DNA of 64,000 bases from Microbotryum violaceum (lineage: Eukaryota): contig LN717261.1 of NCBI GenBank assembly GCA_001244265.2, forward strand, positions 310,001 to 374,000, in the 5' to 3' direction. The notes beneath the pieces were generated by a model that worked only from the letters and a program-made list of their open reading frames with translations, was not told the origin of the DNA and ran no database searches. Positions within the stretch are counted from its first letter, which is position 1; every line of letters starts with the position of its first letter. Below are positions 61,620 through 64,000 of this stretch, one piece after another. The position numbers and the translations under genes are program-made.

Positions 61620-64000
61620 TCAGGCACTAGCGCCAGCTACACATTTTTCCAGCCCTCGCCAATCGACCAACGACTGCTCGTTCACGTCCGGCGCACCGCA
61701 CCCCCTCAATGCATCCAAAACGTGTCGAACGAAGGTGGCGTAGCTGTCTCGACTACGTTCGTTGGTGATGGCCTGAGAAATTGGAGAATAAAGGTCAGGA
61801 ACGCACGCGCTTCGCAGAGGGAATGAAAATAGTGAACCGACCGCGAGATGATCCTTCATCGATGCGAGCATGGCACGAAACAAGTTGAGGATCATGGCTC
61901 GGTTCAACGATGATTTTGGTCCCGCAAAGAGTGGCGGGTTTGCGTTGGATGCGACGAGATGTCGTGCAGCGCTTTTGAAGACGCCTGTGAGCATTCCACG
62001 GTCGACTAGCTGGGTCAGCTTCGTTCAATGCAGCGCGAGAAGGAGGGACTCACTGCGAAGGATATCGAGACGACGTTCGTCGATGGTATGCTCATCGAGC
62101 TCGAAGCGACAATCCTCGTTGCGTTCGAGCAGGATTTGAGCGTCCTCGAAGAGCGGCGAGACCGGCTCGGCGTTGAGCAAGCGCGAGGTGAGGATGTGCT
62201 CCGACGAGAGGGAGTAAGCGACAATGGTTTGGAACCAGATCTCCAGAATGTCATCCTGGAACAACTGCAATTTGAAGCGAATGGCGTCAGTTTTGGTGCC
62301 GATTCGTTGATCATCGTGGGGAGACGTGGACTGACCGAGTAGGCATCAGGCTCGTGACGTAGGATCAGGATAGCGAGTAGGAGACCGATCGTGCGTCGAC
62401 CTATAGGATCGACGACCCGTTTCCACGACTGATCCCCGTAGCGTAGGTAGCCGCTCCAGTCCTACATGAGAAGCGCCGTAGGTCAAGGCTAGCACCACCA
62501 ATGTAGATGAGGGGCACTCACGACGAGATCGTGTTGAACCATGACAGCAACGCATCTAATCCATGTCTCAACAACCTGCTGGGCGTAGGCAACCCGATCG
62601 CCGACCGTAGGGCCTCTCCATTCTGTCGACCCAAAAATGTTGGATACCAAGCGAAAGAAAGCCGGAGAGAGCTCGCTTTTAATCATCTGTGAAACGACAT
62701 CGTCTCAACACGGGCTCTCGAAAGCTCAGGGAACTTTCGCATCACTCACCTGAGCAAACCCTGCATCCTTCCTCTTGAACAGGTCACGATCGTCGCCGCC
62801 CTCCCGGGCCGTAGTCGACTCGACCCCCAGCATCGCGTTCAACGCTGGGTCCTCAAAGTCCATATCGTCGAACATGCCAAACTCATCCTGGCTGATCCCG
62901 GCATCGGCATCGGTTGCCGCGAGTGGAGTGGTCGCATTGATTCGAGGCTTTGCCCTGGCCCGTAGATCGAGGAAACAGGCCACCGTGCGGACGATCTCGA
63001 GGCCTATCATGGGATCGAGCGCAAGCGGCGATTCGAGTAGCAAAGAGGTCCATGCTGGAGTAGAAAAGCGCCGTCTCGTCAGCGAGGCGTTTCGTGGGTT
63101 TAGAGCAGATGTGGAGCCGTAGACTCACCGGACCCGAGCAGGCACAGCTCAGGGAATGTGTTCTCGTCTTTGACCGTCGACCTCAGAACGAGTTGGATCG
63201 ATCGCAGAACCATCGTCAGCAGCACAGCTCGATGCCATAGTGGATCGTTGCCTGTCGGTCGGGGCAGATTGCCGGCTTTGCGACCCAGCCCTCGGATGTC
63301 GATGCGCCTTTGCTTCTCAATGTCGATGTACTCCTTCTTGAGCTGAGTCGTGATCGACCCAAACCACATAGCAGCGGGTGCAAGGTCAAGATCATGGGCT
63401 TGGAAGGCGAGCATAAAGTACAGCACGGCGCGCACGTTGATGCGACGAGCTTCTTCATCCACTTGCGCAAAATCTATTATACGGCGTGCTTGATCAAGGT
63501 ACTGCAAAGCCAGGTTCGAGGCGGGTTGAGCGGCAGCGACGAGTCGAGCAAATGTGATGAGGAGACTGTAGTGGTTGACCAAGGTCGAATGGGACCGAAG
63601 CAACTCAGGAGACGCACGGGTCCATGCTTGCGAGGTCATGGGCGTCAGGCGCGAGAAGAGTCGAGTCAGTTGGCGGAACTCTCCGGAGGCGACGGCTGCT
63701 CGTGATGCATTGGTGATGAGCTTGAGCATGATAGAGAGCGCTGTATCATCTTTTGGATGAAGCACAAGCGCTTTCGTCGAGTTAAACTGGTCGGGGTGCT
63801 GTAAGAATATGGCGAAGTCACCGTGGGTCTCGATCGACAAATTCGCCAGGCGGCGAGCGTTGAGAATATCGTACAGCTTGGGGAGCACGTCGCTGCGTTG
63901 GTCAATCTTCCAATTCCATCGATTGACGAAGACGAGACACCGGGCGAAGAGCGTCCAGACGTAGCGATCCCGACGGGCGATGGCCGTGTTAGAAAGTGCA
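61620..64000 (-). CDS. MMS22: Mus7/MMS22-family DNA repair protein (3' part)
   Basis: DRYVWTLFARCLVFVNRWNW..LYDILNARRLANLSIE..FL..DDTALSIMLKL..LVNHYSLL resembles the fungal Mus7/MMS22 core; multi-exon; starts beyond the window. Confidence 0.7.

Noticed and set aside
60167-61627. Long antisense ORFs over PDI1 (and similar ones over the LINE, Copia and SYP1)
   Set aside because: Shadow ORFs expected from GC-rich codon bias; no recognisable motifs.

Overview
Intron-rich fungal (basidiomycete) DNA. A Pucciniomycotina/Microbotryomycetes-like host is inferred from gene style and TCG>TTG hypermutation. Seven host genes are present: NOC2 (partial), RPA49, a SYP1/muniscin gene, a DH-PH-FYVE RhoGEF, a RanBP2-type zinc-finger gene, PDI1 and an MMS22/Mus7-like gene (partial). 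Two divergent gene pairs are split by transposons. (1) A 6.5-kb P-element/THAP9-like DNA transposon (33-bp TIRs, 8-bp TSD GGCGAGGG) carrying a Ulp1-like protease domain lies between NOC2 and RPA49. (2) A ~37-kb nested complex lies between SYP1 and the RhoGEF. It is bracketed by the inverted repeats of a decayed Kyakuja-Dileera-Zisupton (KDZ) transposon and contains a DUF6589/AcademH-like element, a GCM-type MULE with a USP-like domain, a full-length L1-like LINE, an IS3EU-like element with a HECT-like gene, and two Ty1/Copia elements. Two patterns stand out: three unrelated DNA-transposon superfamilies each carry a different ubiquitin/SUMO-system enzyme, and several insertions landed inside another element's terminal repeat. 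All family calls come from manual motif reading; no searches were run.
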